Notes: generated by a model not told the origin, from the sequence alone. 64,000 nt of DNA from Paraspadella gotoi (GCA_051294375.1 CM119268.1:11781585-11845584); one strand, 5' to 3'. Positions 24,919 through 39,454 are shown, counted from the stretch's first letter. A program made the numbers and translations.

Positions 24919-26944
24919 GAATAGAAACAACGTCCTTGGACATCAATCATTATGGAGGCGACGATATTTTATCTTCTCGAGGGTGTTATGATTTTTTTTC
25001 GGTGCCCTTCTTTATAAAAATGTCGCTTTCCTTTTCTCTTTGTCTTGCACAATGACTTCGTATAAACTAAGCAACGTTTATGCCTACGTTTATGTTTAAC
25101 TAATCAAAGTTAATTTGTTCGAGGAGTTCACGTCATTTTTTTGTGTGGAAGAAGCAGCGAGAGCGTTAGCGAGAGAGAGANNNNNNNNNNNNNNNNNNNN
25201 NNNNNNNNNNNNNNNNNNNNNNNNNNNNNNNNNNNNNNNNNNNNNNNNNNNNNNNNNNNNNNNNNNNNNNNNNNNNNNNNNNNNNNNNNNNNNNNNNNNN
25301 NNNNNNNNNNNNNNNNNNNNNNNNNNNNNNAGAGAGAGAGAGAGAGAGAGGGGATCATTAAAGAAATCTTTGGCGCGATGAAGGAATTGGGGCACACAAT
25401 TTCGCTCACTCGTGAAGAAAACAGAAAAACGAAAAAAATCTTTTGAGTTCTCCCCTTCTCCTCGGCCGAGTTGAAAGAAAAGAAGAAGATAATCTTTTTT
25501 GACTTTATGCTTTTGAAGGGGAAGGGGGGAAAAAAAACTTATCTTTACCCGCTCGTCATTAAGAAATGAAATCCGAGTCGCGTTGATCGCGAGGGGAAAT
25601 TGCTTTTTTTTATTTTTTTCTAACGACGTCTCGGGTACTCAGATGCGGAGATCGATCGAGAGACTCTGTTATGGTTTCTCTAACATCTTAATCGATTCCA
25701 GCGGACTATACTATAAACACGAATCATAACAAATTATTCATTAACGAAAGCACACTTCATTACCCAATTAAAAAGAGATTGCCAAATTTAACGAGGCTCG
25801 TAATTTCTCTATGAGATATTTTAAATCGCGGCTTATCGCGAGTCAAGGGCGAGTTAATCCGTCATAATTTGGAAATTTAATAGTTCTTAGTTGCGCCGCT
25901 AGGAAACTCTATGAGAGACTTGGGTGTCGGTCTGTCTGCTGGTACGTCGGTCCGTCCTATTTTCATTTAAATACGTAAAATTCTTGTAATACAGAGTTCG
26001 ACCTATGTTTAGGAGATATCTGAAAGTTAAAATTTGCGTTCCTAGTGAAACGATGGTTTGGGTTTGGTAAAAAGTAATTGGTTTTAGATAACGTCACCTT
26101 TTAATTAATGTAAAGGCTGTTACTCTTTTAAAGTTTTAGTCCATTAATACATCGGCCAAATTATTTGCAAATGCAGATGGTTTTTTACACAAAGTGTATC
26201 TCTGACAAACAGAGCCAAGGATTCACAAAGCGAAGGTTAGCAGATGGATTTCTTTCACGGAGCATTTTCTGCTTTACTTACACACACTCNNNNNNNNNNN
26301 NNNNNNNNNNNNNNNNNNNNNNNNNNNNNNNNNNNNNNNNNNNNNNNNNNNNNNNNNNNNNNNNNNNNNNNNNNNNNNNNNNNNNNNNNNNNNNNNNNNN
26401 NNNNNNNNNNNNNNNNNNNNNNNNNNNNNNNNNNNNNNNNNNNNNNNNNNNNNNNNNNNNNNNNNNNNNNNNNNNNNNNNNNNNNNNNNNNNNNNNNNNN
26501 NNNNNNNNNNNNNNNNNNNNNNNNNNNNNNNNNNNNNNNNNNNNNNNNNNNNNNNNNNNNNNNNNNNNNNNNNNNNNNNNNNNNNNNNNNNNNNNNNNNN
26601 NNNNNNNNNNNNNNNNNNNNNNNNNNNNNNNNNNNNNNNNNNNNNNNNNNNNNNNNNNNNNNNNNNNNNNNNNNNNNNNNNNNNNNNNNNNNNNNNNNNN
26701 NNNNNNNNNNNNNNNNNNNNNNNNNNNNNNNNNNNNTTTTTTTTTTTCAAATGTTTGTTGTTGCTCTTTTATTTTTCTATTTTTTTTTTTAGTCGTTCGT
26801 TTTGCTGTTTTGCCCTTTGTTTTTCTTTCCTGGGTTGGCACGGATTCGCAATCCGCGCGGAGCGAAGTGACTCTTTGCGATATGAGCTCATGAAAGGAAA
26901 AATCCGAGGAGAGGTGGAAAGGGGTGGGGAGCATGTTAAAGTTG

Positions 26945-27430
26945 GAGAGGAAAGGGGGGATGGTCTTCGAGGAGGAAGGGGGATGGAAAAGAAGGAGGAG
27001 AGGGAGGAGGAAATGAGGAAAGGAGGAAATGAAGGAGAAGAAGGAAGAGGAAAGGAGGAAATGAAGGAGAAGAGGGAGGAGTAAAGGAGAAAAAGAAGGA
27101 GGAGAGGGAGAAGGAATAGAGGAAAGGAGGAAATGAAGGAGGAGAGGGAAGAGGAAAGGAGGAACGGAGGAAAAGAAGGAAGAGAAGGAGGAGGAAAGGA
27201 GAAAATGAAGGAGAAGAAGGAGAATGAAAGGAGTAAAGGAGGAAATGAAGAAGAAGAGGGAGGAGGAAAGGAGAAAAAGAAGGATGAGAGGGAGGAGGAA
27301 AGGAGGAAATGAAGGAGAAGAGGGAGGAGGAAATGAGGAAAAGAATAAGGAGAGGGAAGAGGAAATGAGGAAAAGAAGGAGAAGAGGAAGGAGGAAATGA
27401 GGAAAAGAAGGAGGAGAGGGAGGAAAAGCA
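26945..27430. repeat. GGA/GAA-rich low-complexity polypurine tract
   Basis: Repeated aggaggaaatgaaggagaagaggg-like units. Source of the spurious F/L/S/P-rich ORFs. Confidence 0.8.
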
Positions 27431-27849
27431 TCGAATGGAAAGTGAGGTATCACAGGAATGTGAATTCCTTTCTTGGAGACTTAGATGTCCATAGTTTCGT
27501 GGACACGTTTATTAAACGAAATTAATCTATTAGCAATGGATTTATCAATACCATTCTTAAATATGATAATGCTAATCTTCTCCCTCTACTTTACTGTTAT
27601 TAATGGCGTGAGGGCGTGGCGATTGACGAGATGAAGTAGGGATCGATTAAGTTGCACAGGAAGATAACGACGATGACGATGATGATGATGATGATGATCA
27701 TGATGATCATGATGATCATGATGATCATGATGATTACAAGGAAGGGAAGTGGGTGAGGTTTTCGAAAGGGAGCGAGACCTCGCGGAGAGAAAAAAAAAAT
27801 CGTTCAAACGCAGTTCCGGTGATAAAAGAAAAAAAGGGGAGAGAAGAGA

Positions 27850-27892
<43 letters not shown>

Positions 27893-27935
27893 AGAGAGGA
27901 GAAAGATAAGGTGAGGAAAGAGACGAGAGAGAGGA

Positions 27936-28026
<91 letters not shown>

Positions 28027-28121
28027 GAGAGAGAGGAGAGAGAGCGAGAGAAAGAGTCTAAAAATAAACCTTCGGGTCGAGAGTTTCCCAATTTCCTCGC
28101 CTTGATTCGACAACAAAGTCT

Positions 28122-31100
28122 CGGGCGTTTGTTATAACGGAAAGTTAAGACGTTTCGCGATCTAAATTGAATGTTTATGATAAAATCGATAAATCTAGAT
28201 TTAAAAGATTTTTTTTTTCTTTCTCGACTCTGTCGTTAAGTTAATGCGCGGTCTTTGACGCTCGCGAGAGTCGCAAAGATTGAAATAAATCACCGATAAA
28301 TAGTATACATCGCTAATTGCAGAAGGAGTTAATTCATTCATCAATTGTGGTTGAATAAAATGTGATAATTAATTATATTAAAGTCGAAACATTAATTTCC
28401 TAAGACATAAAATTAAAGAAAGAGGCAACGATTTTCTCTTTAAACTTTTTTAATAAAGACAAGTACAAAATCTATGTGAATAAATCGTTTTAACTTCAAA
28501 CCAATAACGTTGCTAAGTTACTATTAAAAAAAAAACCACTCTACTGATAGAAGTTCAATCCTTCCATATTTTTTTTTTCAAGGCGTATTTGCTCTGTCTT
28601 CACTCCACAGTTTAATCGTTCGCTACTTTTCATATTTGCTCCATGATTTTTTTTTTCCTTTTTTCCTTTTTATTCTTTCTTTTTCCATCGTTTTCTCCTT
28701 CACTCAAGAACGTTAGGTTTTTTTTTTCTTTCTTTCTCCGCGATTTCTTCGCCATTTTTTTTTCTTTAAATCATTTTTTTTTCTTTCTCTCTCTCTCCTT
28801 TTTCACTTTTGTTCTTCACCGTTCGCTCTTTTCACGATTTGTCATCGCCTTCTTTCGATTATTGATGAGTTTAGTGCTCAACTCACTAGGAGGCGTTTCG
28901 GACGCCCGACAGAAGGGAGTGGCTGCGGAGAGTGTCGCCTCGAGTGGCAGGCTTGATGGTGAGGTGGCGAAACGATTGTCTCGTGGTGGAGTACGGGTTG
29001 GCGCGAGTGGCCACGGCGTCCAGTGACATCAAAAGAGAAGAGAGAGGAGAGAGAGAGAAGAGAGAGACGAGAGGAACGAGAGGACGTAGATGAACGGAGT
29101 AGAGAGAGAGATGAGAGAGAGAGAGAGAAGATGACGAGAGAGAGAAAAATAAAAGCAACAACACGCAAAACACTCCAAGTAAAGCCCCAAAGTGGGCGTG
29201 GAGCGGGAGTAGAGGCGATCGCCATTCATTCGACGATTTCTTTTTTATTTCTTTGTGCGTTTGTGCGCGACACGTTAAATAAAAAAGAAAATCGCAAAAG
29301 GATAAATAAAAAAAAATAGAAATCTCAATGGATAAAAAATAGAAACATAAAAAGAATGAGAGAATAAAGAAAGAAACGAGGGAACGAAAGAACTGAGAAG
29401 AAAAAGTACAAAACAGAGAGAGAGAACATAGAAAAAGCAAAGACTGAAGAGGGAAAATAATGATAATCATGGAAAGAGAGAGAGAGAGAGAGAGAGNNNN
29501 NNNNNNNNNNNNNNNNNNNNNNNNNNNNNNNNNNNNNNNNNNNNNNNNNNNNNNNNNNNNNNNNNNNNNNNNNNNNNNNNNNNNNNNNNNNNNNNNNNNN
29601 NNNNNNNNNNNNNNNNNNNNNNNNNNNNNNNNNNNNNNNNNNNNNNNNNNNNNNNNNNAGAGAGAGAGAGAGAGAGTTGAATGAAAGAAGTCTGCGAATG
29701 ATCCGTAGACCGCGTCCCTTTATAGAGATGCAGCGCCATTTACCGCCGGTTGGTTTGCATTGATAAAAAAAAAAGGAGTAAAGCAAGAAAAAAAGGAAAA
29801 AAAGGAAAGAAAAAGGAGAAAAAAAAAAGAGAAGAGAAACTCGGGCGTAATTTTCGAGTTTTCATTCGTTTTTCTCATAATTTATCGAGATTGCGGGACT
29901 CGTTGGTTTCCCAGCAAAACAATTTTTGTGGTTCTTGAAGGCAAAGAGCAATTACGAAGCAAAAAAAAAACAAAAAACATTTCCTTTGCTTTTAATTGCA
30001 AAAAAGTTAATTGCTAAATTCGTAAACGACGTCTTTTTAAAAGAAATCGATGAGTGATGAAAGAAAACATAAAACAAATCGCGTTAGTAACAAATGGATT
30101 TAACAACGAATTTAATTACGGATAAGTTTTAAAATGATTGAAGCCTTTCCTGTATTTTTTCTATTTGTTTTCCGAAGTCAAAACGATTTTCAACTTCTGT
30201 CAACCTCGTTGGTCACACACTTACCCCCCCGGGATCTTCTTCACAATCATTCACGAGGGCTTTACCTCTCCTCATAACAGAGAGAGAGAGAGAGAGAGNN
30301 NNNNNNNNNNNNNNNNNNNNNNNCGGGCTGTTGTTACTAACGGAAAGTTAAAGACGTTTTCGCCGATCTAATTGAATGTTTTATGATTAAAATCGATAAT
30401 TAGATTAAAAGATTTTTTTTTTTCTTTCTCGACTCTGTCGTTAAGTTAATGCGCGGGTCTTTACGGCCTCAGCCGAGAGGTCCGCAAAGATTGAAAAATA
30501 AATCACGATAAAATAGTATACATTCGCTAATTGCAGAAAGGAGTTAATTCATCATCAATTGTGGGTTGAATAAAATGTGATATTTAATTATATTAAGTTC
30601 GAAACATGAAATTTCCTAAGACATAAAATTTAAAGAAAGAGGCAACGATTCATCTCTATTTAACACCAATTTTTTTAAAAAGACCAAGTACAAAATTCTA
30701 TGTGTAATAAACTCGGTTTTAACTTTCAATACCAATAAACGGTTGTCTTTTAAGAGTTACTTATTAAAAAAAAAACCACTCTACTGATAGAAGTCTCAAT
30801 CCTTCCATATTTTTTTTTTCAAGGCGTATTTGCTCTGTCTTCCACTCCACATGTTTAATCGTTCTTCGCTAACTTTCATATTGCTTTCCATGATTTTTTT
30901 CCTTTTTTCCTTTTTATTCTTTCTTTTCCATTCGTTTTCTCCTTCACTCAAGGAATGTATGTAGCTGTTTTTCTTTCTTTTTCTTTTCTCCGCGATTCTT
31001 CGCCATTTTTTTCATTTAAAGTCATTTTCTTTTCTTTCTCTCTCTCTCCTTCCTTCTCATCGTACTTTGCTGTGTCTTCACCGTTCGCTTCCTTTCACGA

Positions 31101-32479
31101 TTTGTCATCGCGCTTCTTTTCGATTACATTGAGCAGTTTAGTGCTCAACTCACTAGGAGGCGTTTCGGCGACGCCGACAGAAGGAGTGGCTGCGGAGAGT
31201 GGTCGCGCTCGAGTGGCAGGCTTGAGTGGTTGAGTGGCGAAAGATTGTCTCGTCGGTGGAGACGGGTTGGCGCGAGTGGCCACGGCGTCCACGTGAGCAT
31301 CAAAAAGAAGAGAGAGGAGAGAGAGAGAGAGAGAAGACGAGAGTCGAACGAGAGGACGAGATGAGAGAGAGAGAGAGAGAGAGGACTGAGAGAGAGAGAC
31401 GAGAAGAGAAGATAAAAAACAACAGCAAAACCCAAAGGAAAGAGGGGCGTGGGGCGGGAGTAGAGGCGATCGCCATTCATTCGACCGATTTCTTTTTATT
31501 TCTTTGTTGCGTTTGGCGCGACACGTTTAATAAAAAGAAGAAAACTGTCGCAAAAGGATAAATAAAAAAAAAATAGAAATCTCAATGGAAAAAAATAGAA
31601 CATAAAAAGAATTGAGAGAATAAAGAAGAGAAACGAGGGAACGAAAGAACTGGAGAAGAAAAAGTTTAAACCAACAGAGAGAGAGAACATAGAAAAAGCA
31701 AAGACTGAAGAGGGAAAATTAATGATTAAATCATGGGAAAGAGAGAGAGAGAAGAGAAGAGAGATAGAGACGAGAGAGAGAGAGGAGAGGAGGAGAGAGA
31801 GGGAGAGAGAGATGAGAGACGAGAGAGCAGAGAGAGAGATAGAGAGAGTTGAATGTTGAAAGAAGTCTGCGAATGATCGTCAGACGCGTCCCTTTATAGA
31901 GATGCAGCGCCATTTACCGCCGGTTGGTTTGCATTTGATAAAAAAAAAAGGAGTAAAGCAAGAAAAAAAGGAAAAAAAAAGGGAAAGAAAAAAGGAGAAA
32001 AAAAAAAGAAGAAGAACTCGGCGTAATTTTCCGAGTCATTCGTTTTTCTCATAATTTATCGAGATTGCGGGGACTTCTTGGTTTCCCAGCAAAACAATTT
32101 TTGCTGGTTTTCTTGACAGGCAAAGAGCAATTACGGAAGCAAAAAAAAAACCAAAAAAAATTTCCTTTGCTTTAATTTTGCAGAAAAAAGTTAATGCTAA
32201 ATTCTAAACGACGTCTTTTAAAATGGAAATCGATGAGTGATGAAAAGAAAACATAAAACAATCGTCGTAGTTAAAACAAAATGGAAAATTTAAAAACGAA
32301 TTTATTTACGGATAAGTTTTAAATGATTATTGAAGCCTTTCCTGTATTTTTTCTATTTGTTTTCCGAAGTTTCAAAACGATTTTCAACTCTCTGTCAAAC
32401 CTCGTTGGTCACACACTCTTACCCCTCCCGGATCTTCTTCACAATCATCACGAGGCTTACTTCCTCATAAAGAAGGAGC

Positions 32480-32500
<21 letters not shown>
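28122..32500. repeat. about 2.2 kb tandem duplication (28122-30298 vs 30324-about 32500), probably assembly artefact
   Basis: Colinear copies separated by a 25-N gap. Differences are almost entirely 1-nt indels. Confidence 0.9.
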
Positions 32501-32550
<50 letters not shown>

Positions 32551-35002
32551 AGACGAAGAGAGAGAGAGAGAGACGAGAGAGAGAGAGGTTAGTCTCAAGT
32601 TCAGGCGCTGACCGGAAGACGGCGTTTTCGTCGTCGTCGTCCTCGTCGTCGCCGGCGATGGGTCTCAGGTTCCGCCATACGTCATCACAGAGAAGACAAG
32701 AAAAACAAATAAATCGACTTCCTCATGGCCAGTCACGAGAGAGGGAGCACTGTAGCCTCACGTCGGGGAAGGTGGCTGTCGTGAGAAGGGGAGCGTTGGG
32801 CACTATTACCCTATGGCGAAGAAGCGAGTCGTGACATTACTATATCGAGATATCACAAGTGTAAGTTTGTCTCAAAAGAGATGTCACGCGCGCACCGTTT
32901 CCCAAAAAATCAGAAGTGGGCGAGTCAGTTAAATGTCAAACGCTTTTCAAACGATGTACGTCGATATGTTGAGAAGTGTGAGAGCCAACTGTCGTCAACT
33001 GACTCCCGATGACCGGTGAGGGTAAGTTAACGATTAGGATAACTTTAAAAAAAACAAAAACAAAAAAAAAACCTGGCGTTTGGAAAAAAGAAAGGACGAA
33101 TGTTGAAAAAAGACCGTTAGCGTTTAGGCTCTACTCCGCGGAAATGTTCAAGGGGTGGAAAAAAAAGAGAGGTCTTTGGACTCGTCAACATGTAAACTCT
33201 GACGGTTTCGGAGTGAAGAATAATCTCGTCCTGCGAAAGCAGAGTGTGAAAAATGAAGCTGTGAAGTCTTTGAAAACTGTGAAGTCTGTGAAAACTGAAA
33301 CAATCGTCTCTTCCGGTTGGGAGATGACGTTCGAAGGCTCGAACCGTCTGTGATTCGCCAGGTTCCTCTTTGTCGCTCATGAATAATGTTGTCCTTCAAC
33401 GAAAGGGAAGAGAGGCGACAGATTTTTGTGCCGAGGGGGAAATCTTGTCGTCGTCGTCGTCGTCGAAGCTGTTGTTGTGATCGTCGTCTTTGTCGTCGTA
33501 TTTTTATCGTTTAAGACGATCATAGATCGTGGATTGTTTCTCTGAACCGAGGGAGGAACTTAAACTTAAAATAATAAATACTACATTTCGGGTATTTTAT
33601 TATTTTAACTGATCAAGAATAAGTAGTATGGCAACGGTTTTTTACCTGACTATTGTATCCGAGAAGAAAAAAAAAAAATCTTCTCAGGTTTATTCCATTA
33701 GCGCCTTATTTCGCCATCTCTCGACGGAATTCGGAATCATTTCGAGATCCATCAACAGGTGACGCCCATTCGCGATTATGACCGACAATCGGTCAGTGAC
33801 CACTGACAAAGCAAGTCCAGCTTGGTTGATCATAAAGAATCCTTAGAATCAGGGCTGGCCAAAGAAACAGGTCTTTCGTTAACACGTCAGAACCATATTA
33901 GACAAAAGACCCCAGGGATGGAAAGATACGAAGGATTTTTAAAACGATTAGTAAATAAAGTCGATAATATGGACAATTTAGTACTATAGTAGAGAGTTCA
34001 TCACCATCTGAGCTCTGTAAACTAAAAACCGACGCCATCTGTGGCCAAAGTCATTCGCGCCAATCTCATCTCCGACAAGCATCTTCTCTCCGCTTTTGCT
34101 TCTTCCAACAACAATGGTGGTTTCGAATGCAATCCTTTCTTGACCACCCATCCACTCGACTTAGTTCACCCACTTAACTAGTTGCGACTCAACCACTCTC
34201 GTTCCGAAACTGTTCGGTCAACGACCGCAACCAATCCCACCACACTCTCCATCGACCCCCTCCACCCCCAGGTCCGACCCTCTAACCCCGCCCCCGACCT
34301 TGGCTTCTGTTCCATCAGGGGCTCATGACTTTCGGAGACTAATTTTTCTCTGGTTTTGTTTGCGGCGAAGACTGAGAGTCGCCTTCGTCTCCAGGGAGGC
34401 ATCTGTCGCTCTGGGTGAAGGAGGTAAGGTCGCGCTGGGGTGAGGAAAGTCCGTTTCAGTTTCGAAGAAAAAGGTGAGGAAAGAATGACGAATGAAGTGC
34501 TGAAATTGTGACTCGTTCTGGGACAGGATTTTTACAAAAACAGTTTAACGGGTTCGATTAGAAAAATAAGTTTTTATAATTATTATAATTTTTTATAATT
34601 TATAATTTTTATAAATATTCACTGGAAATAAGGTTTAAATAAAATCATAATGCGTCTCATTTTATGTACAAGCTGCTTTAACCGTTTGACAGAAAAAGTT
34701 ACAAATTTTTTTATCACTTCCTCTAGATGTCCACGTGGGATCATATGAGCATTTCTGTGATCTGTTTTGATCCTCTGAGGTCTAGTTTCGATCCTTTGAG
34801 TACATTTGTTGATATTGTTTATTTTTTTTTTTTTTATTCTTTGAGTCAAGAAAATAAGAAAAAAGAGAGAAAAAAAGAGGAAAAGAGGAAAAAAAGGGGA
34901 AAAAAGTAAAAAAATAAGGCGAAGCTGAAGATGAAGAGGTTTTTGACCATCGAGCAGAACGAGACCCATGGGATTGGGTGAGTATTCTGTCCCAATAGAG
35001 AG

Positions 35003-35054
<52 letters not shown>

Positions 35055-36216
35055 TAAAAACTTTAACGATCGTTCCTTTAAGTTCCAAACCGTTCTTATA
35101 GAGGTAATCAATATTTAGCCAAGAGAACTCAAGGATAGCAAGGTCAAAAACGAAATTTTGGGTAGTTTAGTGAGAAAGAGAGAAGAAGAGAAGAAAGAAA
35201 GAAAGAAAGAAAGAAAGATGAAGAAAGAGAAACAAAAGAAACTAAAAAAGAGATAAAGAGAGATATAAAAAACGAAAAAAGAGAGAAACAAGGAAACAAT
35301 CATAAAAATATAGAGAGGTAAAAAGAAATAGAAAAATAAAAAAAGAGAGAAATTCAGAAAAAAAAAGAGAAAGAATTAAAGAAAGCAAGAATTCTGGAAG
35401 AAATAAAATAAACTAGTATGTATGTTAGTCAGAAGAAAAAAGTTTAACGATTTAGCCATAGCTCAAGGAACGCGAATGAAGGAAAAAAAAAAGGCCGTAA
35501 AGTTTAACCCCTTTGTCGGCAGAGCGGCGGCGTCATTGGCGGGAAGGTCTGACCAAGACGAGAGAATGAAGATGCATTGCTGGAAAGGAGTCGCATCTTC
35601 TTCGGTTGAAGTTAAAATAAATTTTTGATCCAGCCCGTTTAAAATGTAATGAATGAATGGATAACTTTTCTGTTGCTCGGACCAATTCCTTTTCATTTAA
35701 GTACAATATCGTACAACAAGGTTTTGCTATTTGTAATTAGAGTTTTTGAAAAGGGCAAGATTCAACTTCTTTGACCAGGGAGTTCTGGATAGTGGATACT
35801 ACTATTAAGATAGTTATATGAAAAATTTAAAAGTTGGTATGATATAGTATTTAGTATGTAGTATCACTTTACACTGATTACAGCATTTCTAACTCTCCTC
35901 TTTGCTCGAGGGAAACGCGAGGCGTTTAACTTCTATTTTCGTCTCTTGTTAAGACAAAAGGAAGGTGATCGGTGGGAAAGGTTCGTCGTTACGATAACGA
36001 CGACGACGACGACGACGCGGCCCCGAGGGTCGTTATGAAAGTCGCGGTCAAGGAGGCCATCGAGGCTCTGACCATTCCCGGTAACGGGCCCCAAGGTTGC
36101 CATGGAAACGCCGAAGGGAACAAGCGCCGCCGATGGCCGGTAGAGAGGGATAACGAACCAAAAGTCAAAGGGTTCGGCGCGGGGGTAAATAGACGTTGTA
36201 GCCGTCTATCCAAGAG

Positions 36217-36297
<81 letters not shown>

Positions 36298-36772
36298 CCG
36301 GGGTTCCGGCTTTATGGACGCGGAAATGAAAAAAAAAAAATTTTTCCCGAGGTTGACGAAGGTGAAACTCATTTCCGGTGGTCAGTGGAAGGAGGCTCGA
36401 CGCCAGAAAAGAAAAGAAAAGATAGGGAGGCTTGTCGGGGAAGGGGATGCAGTTTGGCGGGCAGTTTGAGTGGGTTTGTGGGGGAACAGTTAAAAGGGGG
36501 GGGGAAGCGCCGCTAAATCGGAACGGCCCTGAAGGACTCCACGCTTTAAACGTTCCTTCGTGATTGTTCGAGGTTTTCACGCGACGGGAAAATAAGAGTC
36601 GCGGCGGCGGAGACAAAAGCGCGTTTTTGGTGGTGACTGTCGTCAGTGTTCGATCAAAAGGGTAATTTTTGGGGGTCGAAAAGGGTAAGTTTTTTTGGGG
36701 GTGACTGCGTCAGTGTCGATCAAAAACGGGTAAGTTTGAATCCATGAAAAATGATCCGTTAGCAGTTAGATA

Positions 36773-38223
36773 CAGTAGCATCCGTCTAGAATTTCTGAGA
36801 CGGCGAGCTCTGTAACTCGAGTACAAATGATAATTTGAAAGAGATCTTTTGTCTTGATATTGAGTTCACATATGGCTACTCCCCCTTCGGTAAGCCATCG
36901 CTCTACGACCAATTTTGGGACATCAGAACTTATGGTAAAAAGTAACTTCGGTCAGATTTTGAACCTGAAACCTCTTCGTAACGTTGAAGTTCGGCGTGCC
37001 TAAGCACTCGGCCAAATGATTTTCAAAAAAAATTTCGTTCAAATAAAATTATATAAAGCTGGAAGGTTTGCTTTAAATTTTTGGGGGGGGAAACAAAAAA
37101 TTTAGTAATGTTAACATGCGTTCGGCCATATCATCTTCTGGTGTTCTTGTTGGTCTCTGAGTCGTAATTTGGCGAGACAGAAGGCTTCATATTAGAAAAT
37201 GAGGTACCCCATTTTTTGTGACCAGAACTCGTTCCGAGAAAACTACTGGATTACAAATTTATTGAAATTTGGTATGAACGATCCCTATGTAAGACACGAT
37301 GAAAGTTAGCGGTGGCGCAGTGTATTCAGCCATAAAAAAATCGGTGTTTGAAATCGTTATCTCTAAATAGGTTATTGAAACATCATTGTATTGGTGTTTT
37401 CGTAATATCCAACGCGGGCGTCCGTCGGCAGAGATTTTCGATATCCGAGTCACAAGTTTCCCGATTTGCGACGACGACGATTAATACGAAGAAGAAAGTT
37501 AATATCTGGCTTATTTTTTTAACTGTTTGAAAATGAAATTGAGAAAAGGAAAAGGAAAAAGGCAGTTGCCTCGTTACGACGCGACGTCGAACGTTTTCAC
37601 GGTGCTTGTTTTATTAAGTGTTTACGAGTTTTCCGAGGGATCTCTATAAAGAATTAAAAATGTTTCAACCTTTGCTATACAACTTTTTCTTTGGTGAGTC
37701 AATTTGTTACGAGCGAAACATCAGACAATTGTCCGCTTGACAATAAGCGACAATTCTCACAGAGTATTTGTTATATGTTTTAAAATCTATTTTCCTTTGA
37801 CAAAAGTAGAGAACTGCACTATCTTTTTTCATCTCTAAATTATTATCACAATCGTTATTAGTATTATTACGATTCCTTGTAACTCAAATTTCCCCAATTG
37901 TTCACAATCCTAAGCTTTTGGATGGCATAAAAAAAAATTATATTTAAGGTTTTTGAAATTTTTTTTTTATAATCGAGATGGCCGAGGGGTTAAAAAATTA
38001 AGACTTCGACGCGGATGGAATGATAGGATTCGAATCCAACTCATGTTTTAAATTTTTACAATAAACTGCTATGTCCCAAAAGTGGTCGTAGAGCAAGTGG
38101 CATCGAAAGGGGAGTAGCCGTATGAGTACTCGATAACAAGAGCAAAAAACTCGCTTTCGAATTATCATTTGTATTCGAGTTACAAGAGCTTGCCGTCTTA
38201 GAAATTCTAGACGGATGCTACTG
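36773..38223. mobile_element. non-autonomous TIR element (about 1.45 kb, about 250 bp imperfect TIRs; Tc1/mariner-like ends)
   Basis: Left end TA|CAGTAGCATCCGTCTAGAATTTC, right end GAAATTCTAGACGGATGCTACTG|(g)TA. Inverted similarity continues through ggctactcccc/ggggagtagcc and ttttgggacat/atgtcccaaaa to about 37020/37975. No transposase ORF. Confidence 0.75.
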
Positions 38224-38636
38224 GTACAAAATCTGACTAAAAGTCTTTAAAACATTCCTTTTCTAATTAAAACTCTTTGGAATTCTCAAAATTTGTCGTC
38301 ATTTTGATGTTTTGTTTTTCTGCTCTTTTTTTTTGGACGAAAACATTTCTGACTTATGTCTTCGACCAAAACAAGAAAATAAGTTGCTGAAAATAGAGGG
38401 AAAAAAAGTTAAGAAGTAAAGTGAAGCGGAAGAGACGGGAAGAAGATAAGAAGTCTGAAGCGCGGAAATATAAGTAAACAAAATTATTACTTTACTTGAA
38501 ATAAAAGGTGCACTTTTCTTAAATCATCTCTTACATCAAAAATAGACAGAATTAAAAAGTAAACCTTCTTTTTCCAACTTCAAAGTGTCTGTAAACGATA
38601 AACTGACAAAAGGGAGCGGAAAAAAATTGAGTTAGA

Positions 38637-38671
<35 letters not shown>

Positions 38672-39423
38672 GTCATCTCATCTCTCGGTCTCTCTCTTCC
38701 TCGGTCCTCGTCAAAACTCGGTTCGGTCTCTTGCGGTCTCCTCTTCCGCGTTTCATCCGTTCTGGTCTCTCTCGCCCAACAGACGGCCAAAAGAAAACCG
38801 ACACGCGTGTCTCAAATCAAGACGGATGCCGCCATTTTTTTTTCTGCCAAGTTTTTTTCTTGTCTTCTCTTCTCTCTTCTCTTCGGGCTTCGCGCCTTTT
38901 TTTTATTTCGGCCTGCCTTCAGCATTAGATCTCTTTTTCAAGTGTTTCCTTCTCCAATTTTTCTGGGTCTTTTTTAACCGCTTAAAGTAAAATATTAAAA
39001 TATATTCAGCTTTTTTTTTTTACTTTAAACTTTTTTTTAAATTTTTTTACTGTTTTATTAGTGTTTTTTCTTCTTAACATAGTTAATTTAATTCTCTCTC
39101 TTCTTCTCTCTTCGTCCGTCTCATCTCTCTTCTCGCTCTCTCTCTCTCTTCTCTCCTCTCTCTCTCTCTCTCGCCCTCTTTCCCTGCTCCCTCTTCTCCG
39201 TCTCTCTCTCATCTCTGCTCCTCCTACCTCAATAAAGCAGAAGTAATCGCATTGATTTTATAGCGGTCATTTTGCTGAGTGGGCCGCGACTTCCCTACCT
39301 CTCATAGCCAACCAAATTAATATTTAAAGAGCTATAAAAACGCCTTTCGTAATTGGATACTTCTTTTTCTCTTTCATTTTCTTTCCTTGTCTTTTCTTCT
39401 CTCTCCTCTCTCTCCTCTCTCGT

Positions 39424-39454
<31 letters not shown>

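Noticed and set aside
34030-34050. CTCF-like motif cgccatctgtgg
   Set aside because: Short and imperfect match that is expected by chance.
36625-36737. Short direct repeats ggtgactg(t)cgtcagtgt(t)cgatcaaaa..gggtaa
   Set aside because: Two to three degenerate tandem units. Local duplication with no evidence of function.
37975-38045. Functional tRNA gene
   Set aside because: A and B boxes are present but anticodon and acceptor stems do not form properly, and it lies within a repeat arm.
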